Shown piece by piece: positions 1-8,438 of a DNA stretch of 64,000 nucleotides (position 1 is the stretch's first letter; the number at the start of each line of letters is the position of its first letter). The notes beneath the pieces are model-generated. The model was not told where the DNA came from. It searched no databases and was given only the letters and a program-made list of their open reading frames with translations. Source of the stretch: Bacteroidales bacterium (GTDB taxonomy: Bacteria; Bacteroidota; Bacteroidia; Bacteroidales; UBA3824). Location: positions 101,171 through 165,170 of the forward strand of contig JAFPYR010000098.1 in assembly GCA_017412115.1 (NCBI GenBank), in the 5' to 3' direction. The translations under genes were made by a program, and so were the position numbers.

Positions 1-1252
1 CGATTTGGTAAATAGTTATGTACTTGCGCCGCATCGTCAGGCAGACGTATTTGAATTTGCAATTCGCGATTTGGAATTTGCAGCACAAAATCTTCCGGCT
101 ACATCACCAGCTCCGGGTAGAGTAAACAAATATGCTGCAAGTGCTATGTTATCAAGGCTTTACCTTTCGATGGCAGGCGTTACCACAGACGGTATTTACG
201 ATGGCAACAACATCAAAACCGATTTCAACGACGGGCATCGCAACGAGTATTACCTCAACCTTGCCAAAAAAGCTGCTCAATACACAATCGAAAAAAGTCA
301 GTATAAACTCGTTGATAACTATGCCGACCTCTTCAAAATCGAAAACAACAATTGCGTAGAGGATATATTTCAGTTGCAATGGATTGCCGGTTCTACATCG
401 GCCAACGGTTGGGGCTGCAATCAAGACATCACGGCATTTTTCGGCTGGTCTACAATGGTATCCGACGAAACCAACTGGGGCGGCGCCACATGCGTTTCAT
501 GGGATTTGTACGCTGAATTTCACCGCCTTGATACCGAAGACGGATTGTTTAATTTTCATACACTTTTTGCTGACGAAGATCCTGCGCAAGATAAGCGTCT
601 GAAACCTACAATCGCAGAATATGGCAACGAATATCCCGAAATCAATGTTAAAAATGGCGGATATACATACGGCGTTACCGAAAGTGCATCCTCCAACGGT
701 GCTAATATCAAAAAGTATGTGGTAGGTACACACGACGACAATGGCATTAGCTACAAACAATCTTCGGGCGTTAATACCCACATGATGCGTTTGGCAGAGG
801 TTTACCTCAACTATGCCGATGCTGCTCTTGGCAACGACAATTCCACTACTGATGCCACAGCTTTGGAATATTTCAATACCGTAAGAGAGCGTGCCGGAAT
901 ACCCGCTGTATCGCAAATTTCGTACGAAAAACTTCGTCACGAATACCGTCTCGAAACCGCTTTTGAAGGTTTGTATTGGTATTTCCTTGTTCGTAGAGCG
1001 TATTATCATCAGCAAGAAGTAGTAAATTATCTTAATGCTCAAGATAGAAACCGCACCTACAAATACGACGAAACAGAAGGTAAATATATTCAGAGCACCA
1101 ATGCAGGTTCGGGTGTTTTCACGGCCGACAAAGGACGCTTGCTCTTGCAGTATCCCGACACCGAAACTTCCAAAAATCCGGCTTTGAAATCCACTGCCGG
1201 TAGCTGGACTTTTGCCGATAGAGAAGTGGACGAATCTACACTTTTTGATTAA
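1..1252 (+). CDS. SusD/RagB-family outer-membrane glycan-binding lipoprotein, C-terminal ~415 aa (5' end outside window)
   Basis: The reading frame runs off the left edge (ORF 5..1252). SusD-type helical signatures are present (LSRLYLSMAG, MRLAEVYLNYADAALG, RERAGIP, RLETAFEGLYWYFLVRR). It is followed by a surface lipoprotein and a GH10 gene, as in xylan PULs. Confidence 0.85.
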   Translation, partial: DLVNSYVLAPHRQADVFEFAIRDLEFAAQNLPATSPAPGRVNKYAASAMLSRLYLSMAGVTTDGIYDGNNIKTDFNDGHRNEYYLNLAKKAAQYTIEKSQYKLVDNYADLFKIENNNCVEDIFQLQWIAGSTSANGWGCNQDITAFFGWSTMVSDETNWGGATCVSWDLYAEFHRLDTEDGLFNFHTLFADEDPAQDKRLKPTIAEYGNEYPEINVKNGGYTYGVTESASSNGANIKKYVVGTHDDNGISYKQSSGVNTHMMRLAEVYLNYADAALGNDNSTTDATALEYFNTVRERAGIPAVSQISYEKLRHEYRLETAFEGLYWYFLVRRAYYHQQEVVNYLNAQDRNRTYKYDETEGKYIQSTNAGSGVFTADKGRLLLQYPDTETSKNPALKSTAGSWTFADREVDESTLFD

Positions 1253-1275
1253 TCATAAAAATCTGAAAATCAATT

Positions 1276-2688
1276 ATGAACACAAATAAAATAATATATA
1301 TAGCTGCAATATCATCGTTGCTGATGGGCTTTACATCGTGCGAAGACGAAGACGGCAATCCATATCCGGATGGCAACGGTGCAGTGTCGGTGAGCAAGGT
1401 TTTCCTTTTGGATGCTTCCGACACCACAGGACACAAAGAACGCGAAGTAGAATTTGCACGTTTGGGTCAAACCCTCAGATTGGAAGGTTCGGGCTTTGGC
1501 GGCACTACAAAAGTACTTGTAAACGGATACGAAACGTATTTCAACACTGCACTTACCACCGACAATTCCATGATATTTTCGCTTTCGGGTACAACACCTG
1601 TTGCAGGTGCCGACGAAAGTGTTAGAAACAAAATTCAGTTTGTTAAAAGCAGTGGAACGTATTCTTACGATTTTGTAATACGAGCTGCATCGCCCAAAAT
1701 TACTTCAATTTCACCGTCAATACCTAAGCCCGGCGAAACGGTGAAAGTTTCGGGCGTTAATCTCGAAGAAGTTTCAGAAGTAACACTACCCGGCGGCATT
1801 TCAGTTAGCGAAAACATTGTGAATGCACCCGAAGACGAATCGGGCGAGTGGTTTACATTCGTGATGCCCGAAGGCGTTAGCGAAAACGGAACTATCACAA
1901 TAACAGGTGCAAATGGTCAAGCAATTTCGGGTGCATATTTCAATGATTTCGATTGTTTTATCACCGATTTTGATGGCAATGGCGAATTAGGAGGTTGGTC
2001 GGCAACATGGAAAACTGACGATTTGGTAGACGATCCCTTGAATACTGGTCGTGGCAAAGTTGCGATGTTGATACCGCATCTTGGCGAGGCTGATGCAAAA
2101 TACGAAAATGGTATCAATCCGGGCGTTGACCATATCGAATTTTGGGCTACAGCCGGCAACGACAATGCCAACGACGATTGGACACGCATGACGTCAAAAA
2201 TTCCTGCTGAAACATCGCTTACCGAACTTGCTATTCAGTTTGATATTTATGTAGACGGTGTGTGGAACGAAACAGGACAACTCGAAATTTCGCTTGCCAA
2301 CAATTTGAACTCATACGGTTACGGTTCGGCAAACGCATCTGCGGGCAATTCGGGTGTTGTTTCGGGTGCTGCAGTTTGGATTCCTTGGTTCGACAAGTCT
2401 AATCCTGAAGTTTTAACACCGTATACCACAGAAAGTTGGCAGACAGTTACAATTCCGTTCACAGAATTTGGCGAGTTTGCTGACGGCGAGGCTCATACAT
2501 TCCAAGAAGTTATAGATTTAAGAAACTCAAGCAGTTACAAAAACTTCCTTGTATTTGCAAGCAATGCCAACTTAAAATATGGTTCGGAAGAAGGACAAAC
2601 AATTGAGGCAAAGGTTTTCAACACAAAAATTTATCTTGATAATTTCCGTGTTGTTAACACAAAGAGTACAACAGTTTCTGATTTTTAG
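1276..2688 (+). CDS. PUL-encoded surface glycan-binding lipoprotein with IPT/TIG-like Ig domains
   Basis: Lipoprotein signal (SSLLMGFTSC). Two Ig-like stretches (RLEGSGFGGTTKVLVNG; ITSISPSIPKPGETVKVSGVNLEEV). It sits between the SusD-like and GH10 genes, 23 nt after the SusD stop. Confidence 0.7.
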   Translation: MNTNKIIYIAAISSLLMGFTSCEDEDGNPYPDGNGAVSVSKVFLLDASDTTGHKEREVEFARLGQTLRLEGSGFGGTTKVLVNGYETYFNTALTTDNSMIFSLSGTTPVAGADESVRNKIQFVKSSGTYSYDFVIRAASPKITSISPSIPKPGETVKVSGVNLEEVSEVTLPGGISVSENIVNAPEDESGEWFTFVMPEGVSENGTITITGANGQAISGAYFNDFDCFITDFDGNGELGGWSATWKTDDLVDDPLNTGRGKVAMLIPHLGEADAKYENGINPGVDHIEFWATAGNDNANDDWTRMTSKIPAETSLTELAIQFDIYVDGVWNETGQLEISLANNLNSYGYGSANASAGNSGVVSGAAVWIPWFDKSNPEVLTPYTTESWQTVTIPFTEFGEFADGEAHTFQEVIDLRNSSSYKNFLVFASNANLKYGSEEGQTIEAKVFNTKIYLDNFRVVNTKSTTVSDF

Positions 2689-2702
2689 ATTTTTATAATA
2701 AT

Positions 2703-2754
2703 CACGAGAAACGCATAAATCTTAAGAAAAATAATTGTGCGTTTTTCGTGTTTT
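2703..2754 (+). terminator. Hairpin plus T-run after the surface lipoprotein gene
   Basis: cacgagaaacgca (2703-2715) pairs with tgcgtttttcgtg (2738-2750) over 13 bp with one G-U pair, followed by tttt. The loop is large at 22 nt. Confidence 0.45.
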
Positions 2755-2786
2755 GAAAAAAGTCAACATTAAAAACGAATTACAAA

Positions 2787-5081
2787 ATGAAAATAAATAG
2801 AATATTACCTGTTGCAGTATGTGGAGCATTGCTTTTCGCATCTTGCGACGACGACAAAATGGATTGGCACACGCCAGAAGGTCATACGCCAATATCATCC
2901 ATAGATGAAATTCCGCTTTCCACCGATGAGGCTATGGCAAATTATAAGTTCATCAAAGAATATATGGCGGAATATATGCCCGGTGTAACAATCGGACTTG
3001 GACTTGGTGCCGATAAGTTTCTTGAAGATGAACAATATCAAAAAGTTGCCGCCAACAATTTTCAGCAGTTTGTCACTGGCAACGCCATGAAATTTGGTTC
3101 GGTATGCAAGTCAAGCGGAAAATTGGATTTCACCAAAATCGACGATTTCATCGACAAAGCCAAAGAGTTGAATCCCGATGTTAAAATCTTTGGTCACAAC
3201 TTGCTTTGGCACACCCAACAGCCGCAAGTATATTTGAAAAGTTTGATTGCACCTTCATGGGTGGAAGATGGCGGCGGCGATTCTAAGGTCAACAACATAA
3301 ACGCCAACAGCGGATTCGACAATGGTACAACCGGTTATACTGGTCTTTGGGGAAAGTATACCTATGCTGTCGAGGAAGAGGACGGCAACAAAGTCATTCA
3401 TTTCACGATGACAAACGAGACCGCCAAAAACTATGATTCGCAGATGTTTTTTTCAACTGACGAACTTATTGAAGGCGAAACGTATGCATATTCTTTCAAA
3501 TGTAAGTCTGATGTTGGAATTACTGTGCAGTTCATGGGTCAAAATGCAGACTTTTCGGGTTTCTATGGCGAGTCGTACACGACGTCTGCCGAATGGAAGA
3601 CTTTTGAGGGCGAATATACATACACGGGCGAACCGGCTGGAATCACTAAAGTCGGTTTCCAATTTGGTGGCACGCCTGGCAGCAATGTATATTTTGATGA
3701 TTTCCAATTTGGTACACCCAAAAAGGATGCTATGAACAACATTGTTACTAACAGCGGATTCGACAATGGGACAACAGGTTACACTGGACTTTGGGGCAAG
3801 TACAACTATGCTGTTGAGGAAGAGGACGGAAACAATGTTATCCATTTTACGATGACTGACGAGACCGCCAAAAACTATGATTCGCAGATGTTTTGGTCTA
3901 CTGACGAACTTATCGAAGGCACTACTTATGCGTATTCGTTCCGCTCTAAATCCGATTTGGGCATCACGGTGCAGTTCATGGGTCAAAATGCAGGCTTTTC
4001 GGGTTTCTATGGCGAATCGTACACGACGACTGCCGACTGGAAGACTTTTGAGGGCGAGTATACATACACAGGCGAACCAGCAGGAATCACTAAAGTCGGT
4101 TTCCAATTTGGCGGTACGCCTGGCAGCAATGTATATTTTGATGATTTCAAATTTGGCGTCAAGAACGAAATATCAAAGAAAAAACTCATTTCAAAATCAG
4201 GCGTTTACGAACTCAAACCTTCCGACGAAAAGCAAACCGCCCTCCTTACCGCAATGGAGACATGGATTACCGATATGGTATCACACTGTAAGGAGAAAGG
4301 CAATGTAACCGAGTGGGACGTTCTTAACGAGGCAATTGGCGACGATAGCAAAATACGTGGCGTTGACGGTGGTTTTATGTCAGACGACGGACAGCCCACA
4401 GAATCTGAGACCGACGGCTTGAACCTCAACTGGGCATCCGACCATTTCTACTGGGGCTACTTCCTCGGCAAGGATTACGCTGTAAAAGCTTTCCAATTTG
4501 CAAGAGCAGCCGCAGGCGATGATGCAAAACTTTACATCAACGATTACAATCTCGAAACTTCGGATTCTAAACTTGAGGCTCTAATCAATTACGTAAAATA
4601 CATCGACGAGACAAACGGTAGCGCCATTGTTGACGGTATCGGAACTCAGATGCACATCATGAGTTTCAACCCCGACGACACCAAAAATGATGCTGCTAAA
4701 GAAGGCATAAAAAATATGTTTACAAAACTTGCCTCCACGGGTAAACTTGTACGTATCAGCGAGTTGGACGTAGCATTCACTTATACTCACGATGATGAAA
4801 CAAAAGTAAATCCATCCGCAGAACAGCTTCAAGCACAGGCGGATACGTATAAATTTGTGATAGAACAATACAAAGCTATAATTCCGACGGACCAACAAGG
4901 CGGTATTTGCATTTGGACACTCACAGATGCCGACGACGAACATGAATATTGGCTCAAAGGCGACAAACCAAATCTTTTCAACGCAGATTACAGCCGCAAA
5001 CCTGCCTACAAGGGAGTTTGCGACGGTATAGCCGGCAAAGATTTGTCAGCGGAATTCAATGGCAGTCAGTGGAGCAATTAG
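2787..5081 (+). CDS. GH10 endo-1,4-beta-xylanase lipoprotein, catalytic domain interrupted by two tandem carbohydrate-binding modules (CBM4/CBM22-like)
   Basis: Lipobox LLFASC. GH10 motifs lie on both sides of the insert: FGHNLLWHTQQP upstream; WDVLNEA (acid/base Glu region), YINDYNLE, GIGTQMH and ISELDV (nucleophile Glu region) downstream. Two ~148-aa repeats lie between them. Confidence 0.9.
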   Translation: MKINRILPVAVCGALLFASCDDDKMDWHTPEGHTPISSIDEIPLSTDEAMANYKFIKEYMAEYMPGVTIGLGLGADKFLEDEQYQKVAANNFQQFVTGNAMKFGSVCKSSGKLDFTKIDDFIDKAKELNPDVKIFGHNLLWHTQQPQVYLKSLIAPSWVEDGGGDSKVNNINANSGFDNGTTGYTGLWGKYTYAVEEEDGNKVIHFTMTNETAKNYDSQMFFSTDELIEGETYAYSFKCKSDVGITVQFMGQNADFSGFYGESYTTSAEWKTFEGEYTYTGEPAGITKVGFQFGGTPGSNVYFDDFQFGTPKKDAMNNIVTNSGFDNGTTGYTGLWGKYNYAVEEEDGNNVIHFTMTDETAKNYDSQMFWSTDELIEGTTYAYSFRSKSDLGITVQFMGQNAGFSGFYGESYTTTADWKTFEGEYTYTGEPAGITKVGFQFGGTPGSNVYFDDFKFGVKNEISKKKLISKSGVYELKPSDEKQTALLTAMETWITDMVSHCKEKGNVTEWDVLNEAIGDDSKIRGVDGGFMSDDGQPTESETDGLNLNWASDHFYWGYFLGKDYAVKAFQFARAAAGDDAKLYINDYNLETSDSKLEALINYVKYIDETNGSAIVDGIGTQMHIMSFNPDDTKNDAAKEGIKNMFTKLASTGKLVRISELDVAFTYTHDDETKVNPSAEQLQAQADTYKFVIEQYKAIIPTDQQGGICIWTLTDADDEHEYWLKGDKPNLFNADYSRKPAYKGVCDGIAGKDLSAEFNGSQWSN
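3290..4158 (+). repeat. Tandem 444-nt (148-aa) in-frame duplication encoding the two CBM modules of the GH10 gene
   Basis: aacagcggattcgacaatgg... at 3306 recurs at 3750. Both copies end in ggcagcaatgtatattttgatgatttc(c/a)aatttgg. Nucleotide similarity is high by eye, with long identical runs. Confidence 0.9.
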
Positions 5082-5164
5082 TTTTTTTCGGTTTCGTTAT
5101 AACCAATTAAAAACAAGGAAATTGCAAATATCAGAAGTCAAAAATGACAATTTAATAAAAAAAT

Positions 5165-5202
5165 TTCCCGCTATAAAATTTTTTATAGCGGGAATTTTTT
5201 TT
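5165..5202 (+). terminator. Strong rho-independent terminator after the GH10 gene
   Basis: ttcccgctataaaa (5165-5178) and ttttatagcgggaa (5181-5194) form a perfect 14-bp stem followed by a T8 run. An A-run upstream makes it potentially bidirectional. Confidence 0.8.
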
Positions 5203-5218
5203 GTATGAAAATTGTTTC

Positions 5219-5226
5219 TATTTTTG
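5219..5226 (+). promoter_or_regulatory. Candidate Bacteroidetes -7 promoter element (TAnnTTTG) for the 5272-7793 operon
   Basis: tatttttg lies directly after the GH10 terminator and 46 nt upstream of the ATG at 5272. Confidence 0.4.
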
Positions 5227-5271
5227 AAATGTTTTTTTACGCATTTTTGTCAAGAAATACATTATAAAGTC

Positions 5272-5505
5272 ATGCAAATAAATTCAGACAATCCTATATG
5301 GAAAAAACTGATTTTGGGCGAAATACAGGTAACGCTAAGGTATTTAGCTGCCAAAATAGCGTTAAGCCATCTTCAACTCAAAGTCCGAATAGGAAAAAAC
5401 GGATACACCGTAGAAAAAGCTGCTCTTGAACTTTATCAAGTTTACAAGATCGGAGAAAATCTACCTGCCGTTAAAATAGATATTCAAACATTTTTAAACT
5501 GCTAA
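5272..5505 (+). CDS. Hypothetical small protein (77 aa from the internal ATG; the ORF track starts at 5212)
   Basis: ORF 5212..5505. The first 20 codons overlap the promoter-like region, so ATG 5272 (MQINSDNPIW...) is preferred. It ends 12 nt before the next gene. I recognise no motif. Confidence 0.45.
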   Translation: MQINSDNPIWKKLILGEIQVTLRYLAAKIALSHLQLKVRIGKNGYTVEKAALELYQVYKIGENLPAVKIDIQTFLNC

Positions 5506-5517
5506 AAAAAAGGAATT

Positions 5518-6495
5518 ATGGAAAAATACCTTAAAACACCGCAAGAAACGGCTCAATTGATTCTTTCCGGCAGAAAACTTTTACTTGCCGGAAACGAGGA
5601 TTTATTATCCAAACTTCCTCTTGGAGAATGGATTGCAGGAACTTCACCATATTTTATGGATATTGACGGTGGTCAAGTCTGTCAGGATAAAATTTTCGTA
5701 AACGATATTACTGATTTTCAAGAAGAAATATCAATAAAAGTCTATCAGGAAGATACTATCAAAAACATTTATAAAGATGGTTTTGATAATGGTTTTACGA
5801 TTTTAATAATTCCGCCATACAGTAACGTTCATACGGAATTTGCCGTTCATGCTCCTGATTATGAGGATTTTGCAACAAGACCGTTAATGGGTTGGGTTTC
5901 TTGTTATAGTTACTCTCAAGAAAATAAATCCGGCAAAACATTCTTTAAATCCGGCGATTCAGGCTCAAAAACAAATGCCGTGGCAATGCACGTAAAACTG
6001 CCAAAAAACAAATATGCCGAAATGGATTTAATAAATCTTTACACGCAAGGCTGCGGCGATGAAATCATATTTCTTGAAGACGGTTTTACTGCAAAAGAGG
6101 TTTTAATCAACGGCGAAAAACAAAACTTTGCCGAATATATCCGCCAAAAACACATTGATACGACATTGCCGATAGTCGCTAATTATAATTCTGCGATGAT
6201 AAATGTCAGCATCGACAGCCTCAGCGCAAATCAAGTAAACTTGCTTGCTCCCGTTTTCAAAGACGGAACATACCGCTTTGCAAAATCCATTGAAAACGTT
6301 GAAACTGATTTTCAAAAATTCGCCGTAAAAAACAACGTTAATCCCGTATTCGCTTCTATTTGCATTTTGCTGTATCATTACGCTAAACTTCAAGGCAAAC
6401 AATGCGGAAATATTTACGCACCGATAACATACGGTGAAATTTGTTATCAACTTGTAAATCAAACAGTTGTAACATTAGAAATAAAAGACGTTTAA
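5518..6495 (+). CDS. Hypothetical 325-aa cytoplasmic protein, possibly a FIST-like sensory fold
   Basis: Clean ORF with no signal peptide. The C-terminal end (FASICILLYHYAKLQG...APITYGEICYQLVNQTVVTLEI) resembles the FIST_C ending (sC.gR...GfytyGEi....hNqT). The assignment is by eye only. Confidence 0.6.
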   Translation: MEKYLKTPQETAQLILSGRKLLLAGNEDLLSKLPLGEWIAGTSPYFMDIDGGQVCQDKIFVNDITDFQEEISIKVYQEDTIKNIYKDGFDNGFTILIIPPYSNVHTEFAVHAPDYEDFATRPLMGWVSCYSYSQENKSGKTFFKSGDSGSKTNAVAMHVKLPKNKYAEMDLINLYTQGCGDEIIFLEDGFTAKEVLINGEKQNFAEYIRQKHIDTTLPIVANYNSAMINVSIDSLSANQVNLLAPVFKDGTYRFAKSIENVETDFQKFAVKNNVNPVFASICILLYHYAKLQGKQCGNIYAPITYGEICYQLVNQTVVTLEIKDV

Positions 6496-6513
6496 TAGAA
6501 AAAACAAAGAAAA

Positions 6514-7521
6514 ATGCAGTTATCCGATAAAAAATATGCCAAAAGGCTCAGAGATTTTGGTCTGAGCCTTGTCACGAAATACAAAAGCGGTGATAAAATT
6601 ATCGAAAAATCTTCTGAGGCAACACTTAACGAGGATATTGAAAACGGCATACGTCTTGAAAAAAACTATTTGCGCGGCGGAAATTCCGTTTTCAAACTTT
6701 TCAATTTTGACCCGAGAATCAAATACACTTTTATAAATCCTGCAAAGAGAAAAAGTTGCCCGAATTGCGGTGCTGACATTGATTCTCAAAGCGGAGAATG
6801 TCCTTATTGCGGAACTGCTTACAACATGGATTACGAGTCAAAAAATCTCGGCGCAAAATATCACACCGACCTTGTAATGCACTCGGGAACTTACAAAAAA
6901 ATTACGTTAATAATTGATATAATTATCAGTTTTATAATAAGTTACATCTACATCAAAACCACAGGACGAACTTTCAACGGTTGGGATTTTTCCAAAGTTT
7001 TGGTAGGAACAGCACTTTTGTCTTTGGCGTTTTATTACATTTTTTATTATTTGGATTCGTTTTTTATACTCTTGCCGATAAAAATTTACAAAGAAAAAAT
7101 CAATGCCGCTCAAGAAAAATTTTGGGCGGAAAACTCATCTCAAATCAACAAAAATACTTTTTTCAACAATCTCAATTACGAATTGCAAAAGTATTATTTT
7201 GAAGGCGAAAAAACGAAAAACGTTTTGGATTTTGATTTCGTGGATTACACCACAATTTCTAAAGAGGAATTTAACGGAGAAAAAATTATTAATATCGAAA
7301 TTTTGGTACGTGAAGTTTTCATTGACGCCGGCAAAATCAAAAGCCGTCAAAACGATTTGAAACTCAAACTAAAACACGTTAAAAGAGAATATTCCTTGGA
7401 AAATGCGGGCGGAGTTGCCCTAAGATGCAAAAACTGCGGTACTTCGATAGATGCTTTTTTGACTGAATGTCCGAGTTGCGGCACCCGTCAAAACTATCTT
7501 CAAGAATGGTATCTCGTTTAA
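6514..7521 (+). CDS. Double zinc-ribbon polytopic membrane protein, hypothetical
   Basis: There are two CxxC-x(n)-CxxC ribbons: CPNCG..ECPYCG (6757-6810) and CKNCG..ECPSCG (7426-7482). Hydrophobic segments lie between them (ITLIIDIIISFIISYIYI; VLVGTALLSLAFYYIFYYLDSFFILLPI). A possible Tim44/NTF2-like region follows the TM block. Confidence 0.7.
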   Translation: MQLSDKKYAKRLRDFGLSLVTKYKSGDKIIEKSSEATLNEDIENGIRLEKNYLRGGNSVFKLFNFDPRIKYTFINPAKRKSCPNCGADIDSQSGECPYCGTAYNMDYESKNLGAKYHTDLVMHSGTYKKITLIIDIIISFIISYIYIKTTGRTFNGWDFSKVLVGTALLSLAFYYIFYYLDSFFILLPIKIYKEKINAAQEKFWAENSSQINKNTFFNNLNYELQKYYFEGEKTKNVLDFDFVDYTTISKEEFNGEKIINIEILVREVFIDAGKIKSRQNDLKLKLKHVKREYSLENAGGVALRCKNCGTSIDAFLTECPSCGTRQNYLQEWYLV

Positions 7522-7538
7522 AATCAATTATTTTTTTT

Positions 7539-7793
7539 ATGATAACCAAAGACAGCATAGAAACGGCATATAGTTTTTTTCATCAAAAACGTAACGTCTA
7601 TATCCATTCCAAAATGGATTGGCAAAAAGATGACATTGAATACGCTATTTCATCATACGTCGAAACAATGTCAAAAGACCTTTATAATAAAATCTCTCAG
7701 GGCAGAAAGGATTTTCTGCTCTCCCACTCTACTTTTGAAGACGATATTACCTCAGCCGTGGATATTTTAGAAAAAATGTCAGCAAATTTTTAA
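7539..7793 (+). CDS. Hypothetical small helical protein (84 aa from ATG 7539; the ORF track starts at 7467 and overlaps the previous gene)
   Basis: MITKDSIETAYSFFHQ... starts 17 nt after the upstream stop. It is the last gene of the tightly packed operon. Confidence 0.5.
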   Translation: MITKDSIETAYSFFHQKRNVYIHSKMDWQKDDIEYAISSYVETMSKDLYNKISQGRKDFLLSHSTFEDDITSAVDILEKMSANF

Positions 7794-7983
7794 CAATACA
7801 ATATACGTAAATCTTGTATATAACATCAACAATTTTACGGAATATTCTTACATAATTATTGCATATTAATACAATATTTCAATATTATTTTGTATAAATA
7901 TACTATTTTTATAATCATAACTGAATATCAAAAGCTTTATGATAAGATTTTTAAGTAAAACACTTAAAGAAAGACTAAGACTT

Positions 7984-8029
7984 AAAAAAAAAACACCGGC
8001 ACTATCCCTCTTATTAAAATGCCGGTGTT
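7984..8029 (-). terminator. Rho-independent terminator reading on the minus strand
   Basis: aacaccggca (7992-8001) and tgccggtgtt (8020-8029) form a perfect 10-bp stem. On the minus strand it is followed by a ~10-nt T-run (the A-run 7984-7993 on plus). It lies 70 nt downstream of the micro-ORF stop. Confidence 0.65.
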
Positions 8030-8099
8030 AAAAATCAAACATGTGTTTGAAGACTTGTCTATCTGATATATCCATAATCAATATTTACATAACTAATTA

Positions 8100-8240
8100 T
8101 CAATCACGGAATACCAAACTTTCACCTTCAATAGTAAAACTATTTTTACGGTTCTTAAATTCATTGAATTTAGTAACACCGTTAAAAACTGCCATCACAA
8201 CAATAGCAAGCAATACAAAGAATAAAATAGCTGCATTCAT
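8100..8240 (-). CDS. Micro-ORF encoding a 46-aa single-pass membrane peptide (below the 60-aa cutoff of the ORF track)
   Basis: Hand translation of the minus strand gives MNAAILFFVLLAIVVMAVFNGVTKFNEFKNRKNSFTIEGESLVFRD*. It has a hydrophobic N-terminal helix and a charged tail, and is flanked by a -7-like motif (8293-8300) and the terminator at 7984-8029. Confidence 0.4.
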   Translation of the reverse strand: MNAAILFFVLLAIVVMAVFNGVTKFNEFKNRKNSFTIEGESLVFRD

Positions 8241-8292
8241 AATCAAAATCGTTTTTTTAAAAGGTTAATACTAAAGTTTACTAATCACGTTA

Positions 8293-8300
8293 CAAATGTA
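8293..8300 (-). promoter_or_regulatory. Candidate -7 element (tacatttg on minus strand) for the micro-ORF
   Basis: It matches TAnnTTTG about 53 nt upstream of the ATG at 8240 and overlaps the 14-bp palindrome at 8294-8307. Confidence 0.35.
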
Positions 8301-8307
8301 TACATTT
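8294..8307. promoter_or_regulatory. Perfect 14-bp palindrome aaatgtatacattt (possible operator)
   Basis: The sequence is its own reverse complement. It lies in the divergent region between the micro-ORF and the helicase gene. Confidence 0.3.
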
Positions 8308-8438
8308 ACAAAATAAGTACCAAATATTTTTGTATAAATTTATCGTTAAATTGTATTTTTATACATTAAGAATTTTAAAATATTTCCGATTGTAAAAAAT
8401 ATTTGCATTTTGTTGGGGCTATTATAAAAAAATTGTAT

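Noticed and set aside
3453-4106. 217-aa antisense ORF (and smaller ones) inside the GH10 gene.
   Set aside because: It lies opposite a gene with unambiguous GH10 and CBM motifs. Its internal repetition simply mirrors the 444-nt tandem duplication.
5212-5271. The upstream ATG at 5212 as start of the first gene of the four-gene operon.
   Set aside because: These 20 codons (MFLFLKCFFTHFCQEIHYKV) begin 10 nt after the GH10 terminator and contain the TAnnTTTG promoter-like motif. The ATG at 5272 is more plausible, though unproven.
8041-8268. 75-aa plus-strand ORF in the AT-rich spacer.
   Set aside because: It lies antisense to the better-supported minus-strand micro-gene. It has low-complexity I/K/N/L composition typical of AT-rich non-coding DNA, starts just downstream of the terminator hairpin, and has no promoter-like motif in a suitable position.
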